From IMG/VR virus record IMGVR_UViG_3300011560_000001, positions 128,001 to 192,000 of that record: DNA of 64,000 nucleotides, one strand, 5' to 3'. Position numbers and translations under genes: made by a program. The notes under the pieces are model-generated. The model worked only from the letters and a program-made list of their open reading frames with translations. It had not been told where the DNA came from and did not search any database. This document shows, piece by piece, positions 39,503-47,844 of the stretch (positions are counted from its first letter, which is position 1; the number at the start of each line of letters is the position of its first letter). The DNA comes from a virus. Lineage: Duplodnaviria; Caudoviricetes.

Positions 39503-39868
39503 ATGAACTTAATTCGCAAATTAACACTGCAAGAACTGGCCCGTCCAATCGGTATTGAAGCAGCATTGCATGATGATGATAATACCGATGCGTTACAAGT
39601 CGCCGTGCTTACAGCGACCACGAACTATGCTGTTGATGTAGGCACCATTGAACCGGTACGTAGTTTTGAAGAAGATGCAACCGTTATTGATACAGTTGCT
39701 CAAAACGTCGCGCAAGGTTTGGTTGTGCTTGACCTGGCTGGTGATGCCGGTGAAGAAGCGCTGCGCGAAGCGATGGCTGATTACGCTGCCAACTGGGATA
39801 CCACCGCAGTGCAGAAAACGTTCGACGGTTCCGAAGAGGATTGTGTTGAAGAAGACAGCATAGAGTAA
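39503..39868 (+). CDS. Acidic hypothetical protein
   Basis: 121 aa with GAGGA RBS; contains LTLQELAR and VAQNVAQGLVVLDLAGDAG. Confidence 0.72.
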   Translation: MNLIRKLTLQELARPIGIEAALHDDDNTDALQVAVLTATTNYAVDVGTIEPVRSFEEDATVIDTVAQNVAQGLVVLDLAGDAGEEALREAMADYAANWDTTAVQKTFDGSEEDCVEEDSIE

Positions 39869-40025
39869 TAAACACGAATAGCCCTCCCTCTCCCATGTGG
39901 AGGTGGGAGGGAACTATGTCGTTGTTTTTATTTTCCGTTATTTCTGACGGAAATAAAGCAATATATGCAAAGGCAACGTATATCCAACATGTCATCTATC
40001 CTAACGTATAAGAGGAAATGAGATT

Positions 40026-40511
40026 ATGGAGATAGCACACGCCAACATATACGGCGATGGATTAACGGTATATGAAGAAACATGGGCGGATGAACAGATT
40101 GTTTGGCTTAACGGATTCAGTGTCAAAACCATTGAGGACCCAGCGTTAGGCGTCGCATATACGTACCCCGCCGACACGTTAGAGCAGCTATTTCAGGATA
40201 TTCGAAATGATCTCATTGAAGTGGAAGGTGTGGATGGAACGGTTTACGGTAAAGTAGATAAGTTTGGGCGTGACCTTCTAGGCGATCACCCAAACATCAT
40301 TCGTATTGGTATTTATCCGTATCCGACATTCCCGTTCGTTGATGGGGTTTATGTTATTCGACCAAAGTTGGTCGGTGAAGAAAACGTATACCGTAATGAT
40401 AAAGGGCTTCGTGTAACCGAGGTGAGACAGATAAAGGGGTTTATTCTCACCGTTTTTGCGGATATGACGGACGCTATGGATCCATACGCTTTACAACAGC
40501 AAGCTGGATAA
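40026..40511 (+). CDS. Hypothetical protein
   Basis: 161 aa with GAGGA RBS. Confidence 0.68.
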   Translation: MEIAHANIYGDGLTVYEETWADEQIVWLNGFSVKTIEDPALGVAYTYPADTLEQLFQDIRNDLIEVEGVDGTVYGKVDKFGRDLLGDHPNIIRIGIYPYPTFPFVDGVYVIRPKLVGEENVYRNDKGLRVTEVRQIKGFILTVFADMTDAMDPYALQQQAG

Positions 40512-40656
40512 TGCTGCTGGCCTTTACGACAGCAGTGGAGATATATTAACACCTACATAACCTAAGGGAAGGGATTCCCGATGCTATCAAAACGATAGTA
40601 AAGTCCAACGGATTTGGTAAACCGTATGATAAAACCATTTAAATCGGAAAGCAATA

Positions 40657-42663
40657 ATGACTACAACACAGACGACCACCACGAAACGTCGTGTGAGGGC
40701 ACGCGAGCTTATGCACTGGCCGGTTGATGAGGTGTTCGAATGGGCACAGCCTAACGACCGCGTATATATCGAGATGGACGATGGCGTTCATGAATTACGT
40801 GCGCGACGCATTTTCTTTAGTTACATGCACTGGTCTGTGCATCGCATGTATCCTGAGACACCATTGACAAAAGAGAACCTGGTCGATAAACGCAAGTTTA
40901 CTGCTGGTTCGTCGGTTGCGTTGCAAAGCGCCGCGTATCGTCAATGCATGTATGCTTACCCACAAGAGAATCGCGAGGTTCTCTGGAAAGCATTGTTCGA
41001 TATGTTTAACAATGTGTATAACTTCTTTACGTATGCGTTGGAGGAATACGTAACAACGATTTGTGCGGATGATTTTTATCAGATTACTGTACACCCTGAA
41101 GTTAAGAAAATCATCGCTGAAGCGGAACCCACCCGCGAAGGTATCGAAAGCGCATACAAGAAACTGACAAAGGTACTGAGCACCGATAAAACGTTACATG
41201 CAAACCCTATCGCACGTGCGGTAAGAACCGAACACGTTTCGATTGGGCAGGTGCTACAGTGTATTGGGATGCGTGGATTCTTGACCGATATTAACTCCGA
41301 GATATTCCGCGATCCGGTAATGCGGTCGTATGCAGCCGGTTTGATCTCTCTTCCTGACAGCTTGAAAGAAAGCCGTTCTGCGGCAAAATCGTTGCTGTTC
41401 AACAAAGAGCAGATTAAAAAGTCTGAATATTTCGGTCGTGAACTTCAGATAGCGACAGCGGTCGTGCAACGACTACATCCTGGTGATTGTGGTAGTAGAG
41501 AGACCATCCCGATGCCAATCCGTGATGAGACCGACCTACGCGGCTTCCACGGCCGATTCATTATTCGTGATGACGGTTCGTTGGTAGCGATACAACCACA
41601 CATGAAAGAATTGATCGGCACGACGGTACGCATGCGCTCCGTTAACTATTGTCATCATCCCGATCCTGCTGGGGTATGTACGACGTGCTACGGTGAATTA
41701 AGCCATAACTTCGCATTAACCGATAATGTCGGTGATGGTGCAGCACGTACCTGCTCGCAACAGGTAACGCAGAACATTCTTTCTACCAAACACCACGATG
41801 GGTCGTCAACGGTCTCTACAGCACCAATCCCACCGGAATATCAACATATCCTTCGCTACAGCCAGAACATGAACGACATCAAACTCGCACGTGAGCTGAA
41901 AGGTAAACACGTGTTGATTAAGATGAAGTTAGGTCTTGCGAACATGTTGTACGACGTAGCCGAAGCGGAAGAAATTAGTTCGCTGATACCGCAACGTTTG
42001 TTTAACATGACGCTTTGTGATATGGAGATTTACGACAGGAAAGATGAAAGCTATCGTAAGCTCAAAGTCAATTTCGATTTCTGTGGACGTCCCGTTGTAC
42101 CGAGTAAAGCGTTTATCCGTTATCTCAAACGCCATAGCTGGGAAGTGACGTCTGACGGGATTGTGATTTTCGACTTGAAACATTGGGACAATTCACGTAC
42201 GTTATTCCAGATGCCGTTAATCCACAAAAACATGATGGAATACGCAAAAGAAATCGAACGTGAGTTCAAATTCGGGAAAGGTTCTTTCAGTGCTGGATTC
42301 CTCTCGGAAGACGAAGCAACACCGGAAGAAGTTGCAAACGTGTTGTATTATTGGCATCGTCTGTGTGCCCAGCGTCTGCGAATGAACCTTTCGCATCTCG
42401 ATGTTATTCTCTACGCCAGCATGATTCGTTCGCCACACACGAAAGATTATCGCATGCCGAAACAGGGAACAACACGATACTTCAGTACCTTCAAGAAGAA
42501 CATGAACATGCGCTCCTTGAGTATGAAGTTCGCTCACCAAGAGCAACTGGATGCGTTCCAAAACCCGAACAGTTATATCCCAACCATGAAGCCGGATCAT
42601 CCGATCGACTACATGCTTTTACCGCGTAAAGAACCTAAACCGGAGGATGTATTCACGTTATGA
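40657..42663 (+). CDS. nvRNAP beta' C-terminal subunit (phiKZ gp74-like)
   Basis: QCIGMRG, bridge-helix region ESRSAAKSL...SEYFGR, DCGS, Zn site CHHPDPAGVCTTCYG and trigger-loop TQNILSTKH. Confidence 0.9.
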   Translation: MTTTQTTTTKRRVRARELMHWPVDEVFEWAQPNDRVYIEMDDGVHELRARRIFFSYMHWSVHRMYPETPLTKENLVDKRKFTAGSSVALQSAAYRQCMYAYPQENREVLWKALFDMFNNVYNFFTYALEEYVTTICADDFYQITVHPEVKKIIAEAEPTREGIESAYKKLTKVLSTDKTLHANPIARAVRTEHVSIGQVLQCIGMRGFLTDINSEIFRDPVMRSYAAGLISLPDSLKESRSAAKSLLFNKEQIKKSEYFGRELQIATAVVQRLHPGDCGSRETIPMPIRDETDLRGFHGRFIIRDDGSLVAIQPHMKELIGTTVRMRSVNYCHHPDPAGVCTTCYGELSHNFALTDNVGDGAARTCSQQVTQNILSTKHHDGSSTVSTAPIPPEYQHILRYSQNMNDIKLARELKGKHVLIKMKLGLANMLYDVAEAEEISSLIPQRLFNMTLCDMEIYDRKDESYRKLKVNFDFCGRPVVPSKAFIRYLKRHSWEVTSDGIVIFDLKHWDNSRTLFQMPLIHKNMMEYAKEIEREFKFGKGSFSAGFLSEDEATPEEVANVLYYWHRLCAQRLRMNLSHLDVILYASMIRSPHTKDYRMPKQGTTRYFSTFKKNMNMRSLSMKFAHQEQLDAFQNPNSYIPTMKPDHPIDYMLLPRKEPKPEDVFTL

Positions 42664-44921
42664 AGTTAGCTCGTATCGACGTCTTCTCGCACGGCATGAG
42701 GCTGAGCGGATACGGACTTCGATTTGCCCATCTTATCGGCCATTACCTTCGAGACCGCTGTTTGCATCTGAGGAAACGACGCGATCCTCGTACACGGAGA
42801 ATGGTTACCGATACCATAAACACGTATGCCGCGGCAAGAAGCGATTATAGCGAGGTATACTTACTCCGCGAACAGCTGAAATCGTTTTTGGATTTTATCT
42901 TTTCCCGAGGTATACGAAAAGAGTGGTTGGAAATCGTTTATCACGATCCAATGCCGGGTAAAGAAGTGGAGTTCGTAAAGAAATGGAAGTTCCCGTGGCG
43001 TGAAGATCAGCAAGAATGGTTGGAGTACATGAATGGGGGTAAGGATACCCCCTTCAGAATGAGCCTGAACACCGCTCAAACGGGGTCGGGGAAAGCAATT
43101 CCGCTTAATACACCTGTGAAGGTTCCAGGCGGTTGGAAGCCGATTGGCGAGCTTCAGTTAGGGGATCAGGTTATTGGCGCGGATGGGTTACCGACGAACG
43201 TAACCGCTATATTTGATCATGACGATATTCAGCTTTATGCTATCTTCTTTGAGGATGGTAGGATGGTTGAAGCGTGTGGTGATCATCTCTGGCAGTGTAC
43301 TGACCCTGATAAAGTTCTCAGTACGGACGAAATCATGGAATGTATTTACGACAGACCTGCTCGATCTCGTCCAGTAAGAATCCGACTTTACGAACCGAAA
43401 GAACTCGTCGGTCTCGAGGAATTTAAGGCGGTAATCAAAGGTCGTTGTGAACTGAGAATCAAAAACGGGGAAGCTCACCTTGCGGTCAGAACCGTCAATT
43501 CGCAGATAACAGCCAGGGTCTGGGAGTTGGCTTATCAGTTAGGAGGAATTGCGTATAAATACCCCATTGATAGTTACATAATGGTGACATTAATTTACCA
43601 TTCCGATTTGCGTAAGCTTATTCCTGACGACATTGAGATTCCAGACGATCTCCCCGTTAACCGACTTCCTGGTTTAGCGATTGATAGCATCGTGCCGACG
43701 GTGAAATCGAAAGCACGTTGTATCACGGTGGACAATGACGAAAGCCTTTATGTTATTAAAGACCACATCGTCACGCATAACACCGCGATGTCGCAGGAAA
43801 TCGTGTTTAGGCGGGGTGTACGCACAGGTATTATACTTTCTCCGCGGTATATGCCAGGTTGGCGAAGCTCATTGCTGAACTTCTTTGGGATGGAACCAGG
43901 GGACGTTATCGAGATACGCGGGAACGCTAAGGAGGATCCACCGCATCCCGACATTCCTCGTTACAGTATGTTGGAGTTTCAAACCTTGGTTGAACAAGGT
44001 GAACTCGACTTCAAAATCGCATTGTTCTCCTTGAACATGTTCCAACGTTATATTGCGGACTACGAGAAGAATAACTGCGTTGCGCCATATGCCTTCCATC
44101 CCGCTGAGTTTTGGGAAAAGACCGGCATAGGTTTGCTGATTCATGACGAGTGCCATGAAGCATTGCATTTCTTGTTTAAGGTCAAGTGTTACGCTAGTAT
44201 TCCGGAAATCATCTATCTGTCAGCAACGGCGGTGTCCGATGATCCGTTCATCGAGCGGATGTTGTATTTGATGTATCCGAAAGAAGCGCGTTTCGCAAAA
44301 GGCGAATACAAGAAATACATTGCGGTAAATGCCGTGACGTATCGACTACGCAGTACAGATAAAGTCAGATACAAAGGGTTTGGGGGTTCTTATTCTCACA
44401 CGATATTCGAACAGTCTATCATGAAGAACAAGCAACTCAAACTCGCGTATTTCAACTTTATCTATACGGTTATCATCAAAGGTTTCATGAACCAGTATCA
44501 GGAAGGTATGAAGATGCTGGTGTATTGTGCAACCGTTGATATGTGTAAGTCACTGTCGCATTATCTCAGTGAACGTATTCCTGAGTTAGAGATCGGTCCT
44601 TATACCGCTGAAGAAGATTTCATGGTCTTGTTGGATAACGATATTAGCGTTACGACGGTGAAATCGGCAGGTACGGGTATCGACCTTCCTGACTTGGTAA
44701 TGGCGTTCATGACGTTAGCGATGGGGTCACGAACCGGTAACATTCAGGTGTTGGGGCGACTGCGTCAGCTGAAAGGGAAGTTTGAAGGAATGACACCAAC
44801 GTTCTGGTATCTGGTATGTACCTCTATCGAAGCGCACCGTAAATACCATCAGCGCAAGGTGGAGTTCTTCAGCGACAAAGTGCTTACCCAGCGTGTTATC
44901 GATGAAGATTTTGAATTGTAA
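42660..44921 (+). CDS. SF2 DEAD/DEAH-like helicase (phiKZ gp75-like) containing an intein
   Basis: Walker A TGSGK|T split by the intein; DECH, SAT, GTGIDLPDL and QVLGRLR. Confidence 0.88.
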   Translation: MKLARIDVFSHGMRLSGYGLRFAHLIGHYLRDRCLHLRKRRDPRTRRMVTDTINTYAAARSDYSEVYLLREQLKSFLDFIFSRGIRKEWLEIVYHDPMPGKEVEFVKKWKFPWREDQQEWLEYMNGGKDTPFRMSLNTAQTGSGKAIPLNTPVKVPGGWKPIGELQLGDQVIGADGLPTNVTAIFDHDDIQLYAIFFEDGRMVEACGDHLWQCTDPDKVLSTDEIMECIYDRPARSRPVRIRLYEPKELVGLEEFKAVIKGRCELRIKNGEAHLAVRTVNSQITARVWELAYQLGGIAYKYPIDSYIMVTLIYHSDLRKLIPDDIEIPDDLPVNRLPGLAIDSIVPTVKSKARCITVDNDESLYVIKDHIVTHNTAMSQEIVFRRGVRTGIILSPRYMPGWRSSLLNFFGMEPGDVIEIRGNAKEDPPHPDIPRYSMLEFQTLVEQGELDFKIALFSLNMFQRYIADYEKNNCVAPYAFHPAEFWEKTGIGLLIHDECHEALHFLFKVKCYASIPEIIYLSATAVSDDPFIERMLYLMYPKEARFAKGEYKKYIAVNAVTYRLRSTDKVRYKGFGGSYSHTIFEQSIMKNKQLKLAYFNFIYTVIIKGFMNQYQEGMKMLVYCATVDMCKSLSHYLSERIPELEIGPYTAEEDFMVLLDNDISVTTVKSAGTGIDLPDLVMAFMTLAMGSRTGNIQVLGRLRQLKGKFEGMTPTFWYLVCTSIEAHRKYHQRKVEFFSDKVLTQRVIDEDFEL
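43095..43781 (+). mobile_element. Class-3-type intein, 229 aa, degenerate or absent homing endonuclease
   Basis: Starts AIPLNTPV...GWKPIGELQLGDQV; block B ACGDHLW, block F RCITVD; ends HIVTHN followed by Thr. Confidence 0.88.
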
Positions 44922-44962
44922 CGATAGCGTTTGGTGGAATCAAAAATCAATGAAGGGCCTAG

Positions 44963-45883
44963 ATGCAGGCCCTTATAACCGGAGCATGTATGTCACAAGT
45001 AAGAGGCGTGAAACAAATCGCCAATTTAATGATGTTAAGTGGTGAGACACAGCAGGAACGTGAGCTGGTCTTCTTTGGTAAACTGGCTGAAGACGGTGTT
45101 GAACGTCTTCGTCAAGTCGCATCAAAAATCGAACATATGGTGCAACATCAATGGTTGTTTGATAACACGGCCGTTGGTGGTGTGAAAGGTCAGGTGCGCG
45201 CACGTGCGATACAGATCGATAACGAAGAGCCGAAATACATCATGACCACGAAGGTGTATCGTGGTCCAGGTGACGCAACGGAAAGCGAAGTCGAAATCCC
45301 AGTCGAGATGTTTGACGCGATCGAACGTATGGCTCCTGAAGGCCAGGCGAAAACACGTTACACCGTAGAAAGCGCTGATGGCCTGGCATGGGAAGTTGAC
45401 GTCATCTATACGCGAGACCATCAGGTTGTTGAGTGGACGAAGATCGATATTGAAATTCCGGCCGGAACTTATCTTCGTGAAAATCCATCTGTACCTGAAA
45501 CATTGAATGGTGTGTTTGTACAGATGATCGATCGTCCTCACGCAAAACGTACGGATGAAGAGAACGCTATTCTTGACGATTTGTTCAAGAACAAATTCTA
45601 CATCAAAAACGATAAGGTTGTAGTGAGCAAACTTCCTGAAGGGTTCGAACGCTTTGTTGATCCTAAGGTCGTCATTGAAATGCTGATGCCTGCCATCGAA
45701 CCTCTCGTAAATATGATTCCAGCGTTAAGCTACAACGAGAAGTATTTTGATTTCGATGAAGAAGGTCAGCTGAAAAGCGCTCTGCAAGAACTCAAGCATG
45801 CCGCACTCAGTGTCTTACGTTTAAGTAAGAAAGACGTCGAAGAGTGTGATTGCGACCAAGATAAGAATGGAGAAAATGAATGA
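44963..45883 (+). CDS. CYTH-like (triphosphate tunnel) protein; the start may be downstream
   Basis: Motifs QERE, VRAR, MTTK, ESEVEI, KTRY, WEVDV and KIDIE match the CYTH order. Confidence 0.7.
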   Translation: MQALITGACMSQVRGVKQIANLMMLSGETQQERELVFFGKLAEDGVERLRQVASKIEHMVQHQWLFDNTAVGGVKGQVRARAIQIDNEEPKYIMTTKVYRGPGDATESEVEIPVEMFDAIERMAPEGQAKTRYTVESADGLAWEVDVIYTRDHQVVEWTKIDIEIPAGTYLRENPSVPETLNGVFVQMIDRPHAKRTDEENAILDDLFKNKFYIKNDKVVVSKLPEGFERFVDPKVVIEMLMPAIEPLVNMIPALSYNEKYFDFDEEGQLKSALQELKHAALSVLRLSKKDVEECDCDQDKNGENE

Positions 45884-46218
45884 ACGTACAACAAATCTGT
45901 TTAATCGATGATCAGTTCAGTGAAATTAACGGTGAGCGTTACAATGTTGTAAGCTGGACGCTTTCTATGGTTCAGGCTGCTGAACAATTTCCGATGGACA
46001 AACACAGCCCTGAAGCATTCCGCGATGTCTATAAACAAACCCAGCTGGTAGACCGTAAACTACCTGAAGGTTACGACGACGAGAAACTGCTGAACGATAT
46101 TAAGCGTGCGTTCACCCTGCACATGCTGACCTTAACCGAAGACGATCCTTTAGAAATCCCTGACGAGTGGCTTATCTACGATGTGGAAGCCTACTTCATG
46201 AAAGAACTCTGGTTCTAA
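45880..46218 (+). CDS. Acidic hypothetical protein
   Basis: 112 aa with an ATGA overlap. Confidence 0.72.
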   Translation: MNVQQICLIDDQFSEINGERYNVVSWTLSMVQAAEQFPMDKHSPEAFRDVYKQTQLVDRKLPEGYDDEKLLNDIKRAFTLHMLTLTEDDPLEIPDEWLIYDVEAYFMKELWF

Positions 46219-46228
46219 GTCATAACCA

Positions 46229-46290
46229 CATAAACCTTCCTCCCCGCCCGTTATGGGTAGGGAGGAAGATATGCTAACTATTTTTTTTTT
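46229..46290. terminator. Bidirectional terminator
   Basis: CATAAAC-CTTCCTCCC...GGGAGGAAG-ATATG, then a T11 run. Confidence 0.7.
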
Positions 46291-47744
46291 TACTCGGCGA
46301 AGTGTGGTTTGTAATCAGACTGCCATGCGGTGGCGCTGTTGTCGTAGTTGTTGTGTGAAGTGCCTGCCGAGAATGTCCAACCACTCAGATTCTGATTGAA
46401 CGCGGCGCACCCAGACAACATATTGTCTACATTCGTAACAGCCGAAACATTCCACGAACCGATCGGCTGGTTGAACGCACTGCAACCGAAGAAGAGGTTC
46501 TTCATTGAGGTGATGCTACCCGTGTTCCATTTCGTGATATTCACATCATTAATAAGGCTGCAGCCTTCGAACAAACCTTCCAGCGTTGTCCAGTATGGCG
46601 GAATGTAGTCAGGGACTTTAACTAAGGACGTTAATCCGGTCAGCTGTACAGCCTGCGGTAATCCGTTGTTCCAGTCAACGATTTCAGTGATGTTATCGCC
46701 GCTGATGGTTTGTGTTTGGGTTGGAGCTTCTGGGCTGGAGAGGACGCCGGTAGCAACAATCGTGCGTTCTGTTCCATCACTGTATTCGTGGAACCCGCGA
46801 GTCTGTCCACCCGGTAACGTTGCTTTATTCCCATCACCCCAATCGATGGAAATATTTGTCCAACCGTCCAATGCTAATGTAACGGAACCACCGGTCGTTT
46901 TAAGAATGTATTGAATCGGTTTCGGTTTAGCGTTGCGAACAATCGCCATCGCACCTTTAAGGCTGCCGATAACCCAATCTTTCTTTGTGGTTACCAGTAA
47001 TTCGGAGGCACCATACGACCTCATCTCTACTTCACGAACGTCTTCGCTTTGGTTAATCGTCTGCATCGCTTGTTGCATTTGTTCGCTGGTAATATCACCA
47101 TAACGAACCATGACGTTCAGGACATTCTGGAAGTATTCTGCGTCAAGGACACCTTCAGTCGTTTCGGCATTTCCGTTATCGTCGATAATAGAGGTTGTTG
47201 CTAATAGTAACGAACCGGTTGTGTCAGCTTCAACACCATCCAGATAAACCAGATTCGTAAGATCGGTTTTCTTGATGATAGTAATCAAGCTTAACGTATC
47301 GTTAGCAATATTGAACTGAAGATTACCCGCCCAAACATAAGACGTGTTTGCAACCGGAACCGTAATGTCTTTAATACCGGTGTCTGTGAACGTAATTTGT
47401 TTATTCAGCTCGGATTCGAGGAAGTCGACGGTTGTGTCAAATACCAATCCGTAACGTTCAGCAATCGTATTGATGATATCCCTTACGGCGGTATCTTGCT
47501 TAACGATAACCCGTAACGGGATCCCGGTGAAGTTTTTAGCGATGTCTCGACGGATGTAGGTCAGAGACTGTTCGTTAAAGTAACGGCTATCGTCGTTCGG
47601 TTTGATCGTAACGACGACCGTTCCAGGCACTTCGCTTACCGGTGCCGTCAGTTCAAATTTTACATCGTCTAACGTCAGTTGTAAGCTGTTTTTGCTGTTT
47701 ACTAGCGCAAGGAGTTCGTCTTTCCAGCTTTGTTTGAGTTTCAT
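46290..47744 (-). CDS. Probable tail/baseplate-associated protein with PKD-like and DUF285/BspA-type repeats
   Basis: The N-terminus resembles the phiKZ-like baseplate paralogue family (ELLALVNSKN...LTYIRRD...SYVWAG). It also has SIDWGDG and C-terminal repeats WNTGSITSMKNLFFGCSAFNQPIGSWNVSAVTN. Confidence 0.72.
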   Translation of the reverse strand: MKLKQSWKDELLALVNSKNSLQLTLDDVKFELTAPVSEVPGTVVVTIKPNDDSRYFNEQSLTYIRRDIAKNFTGIPLRVIVKQDTAVRDIINTIAERYGLVFDTTVDFLESELNKQITFTDTGIKDITVPVANTSYVWAGNLQFNIANDTLSLITIIKKTDLTNLVYLDGVEADTTGSLLLATTSIIDDNGNAETTEGVLDAEYFQNVLNVMVRYGDITSEQMQQAMQTINQSEDVREVEMRSYGASELLVTTKKDWVIGSLKGAMAIVRNAKPKPIQYILKTTGGSVTLALDGWTNISIDWGDGNKATLPGGQTRGFHEYSDGTERTIVATGVLSSPEAPTQTQTISGDNITEIVDWNNGLPQAVQLTGLTSLVKVPDYIPPYWTTLEGLFEGCSLINDVNITKWNTGSITSMKNLFFGCSAFNQPIGSWNVSAVTNVDNMLSGCAAFNQNLSGWTFSAGTSHNNYDNSATAWQSDYKPHFAE

Positions 47745-47805
47745 GTATTTTGCCCTATTTTAATAATTACGACGCATATACGTCATACGATTTTGCAGCA
47801 AACGC

Positions 47806-47841
47806 AGCATAAAGCTCTGCCTGACATCAGGCAGAGCTTCT
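47806..47841 (-). terminator. Hairpin + TTTATGCTG on the minus strand
   Basis: CAGCATA-AAGCTCTGCCTGA-CA-TCAGGCAGAGCTT. Confidence 0.7.
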
Positions 47842-47844
47842 TAA

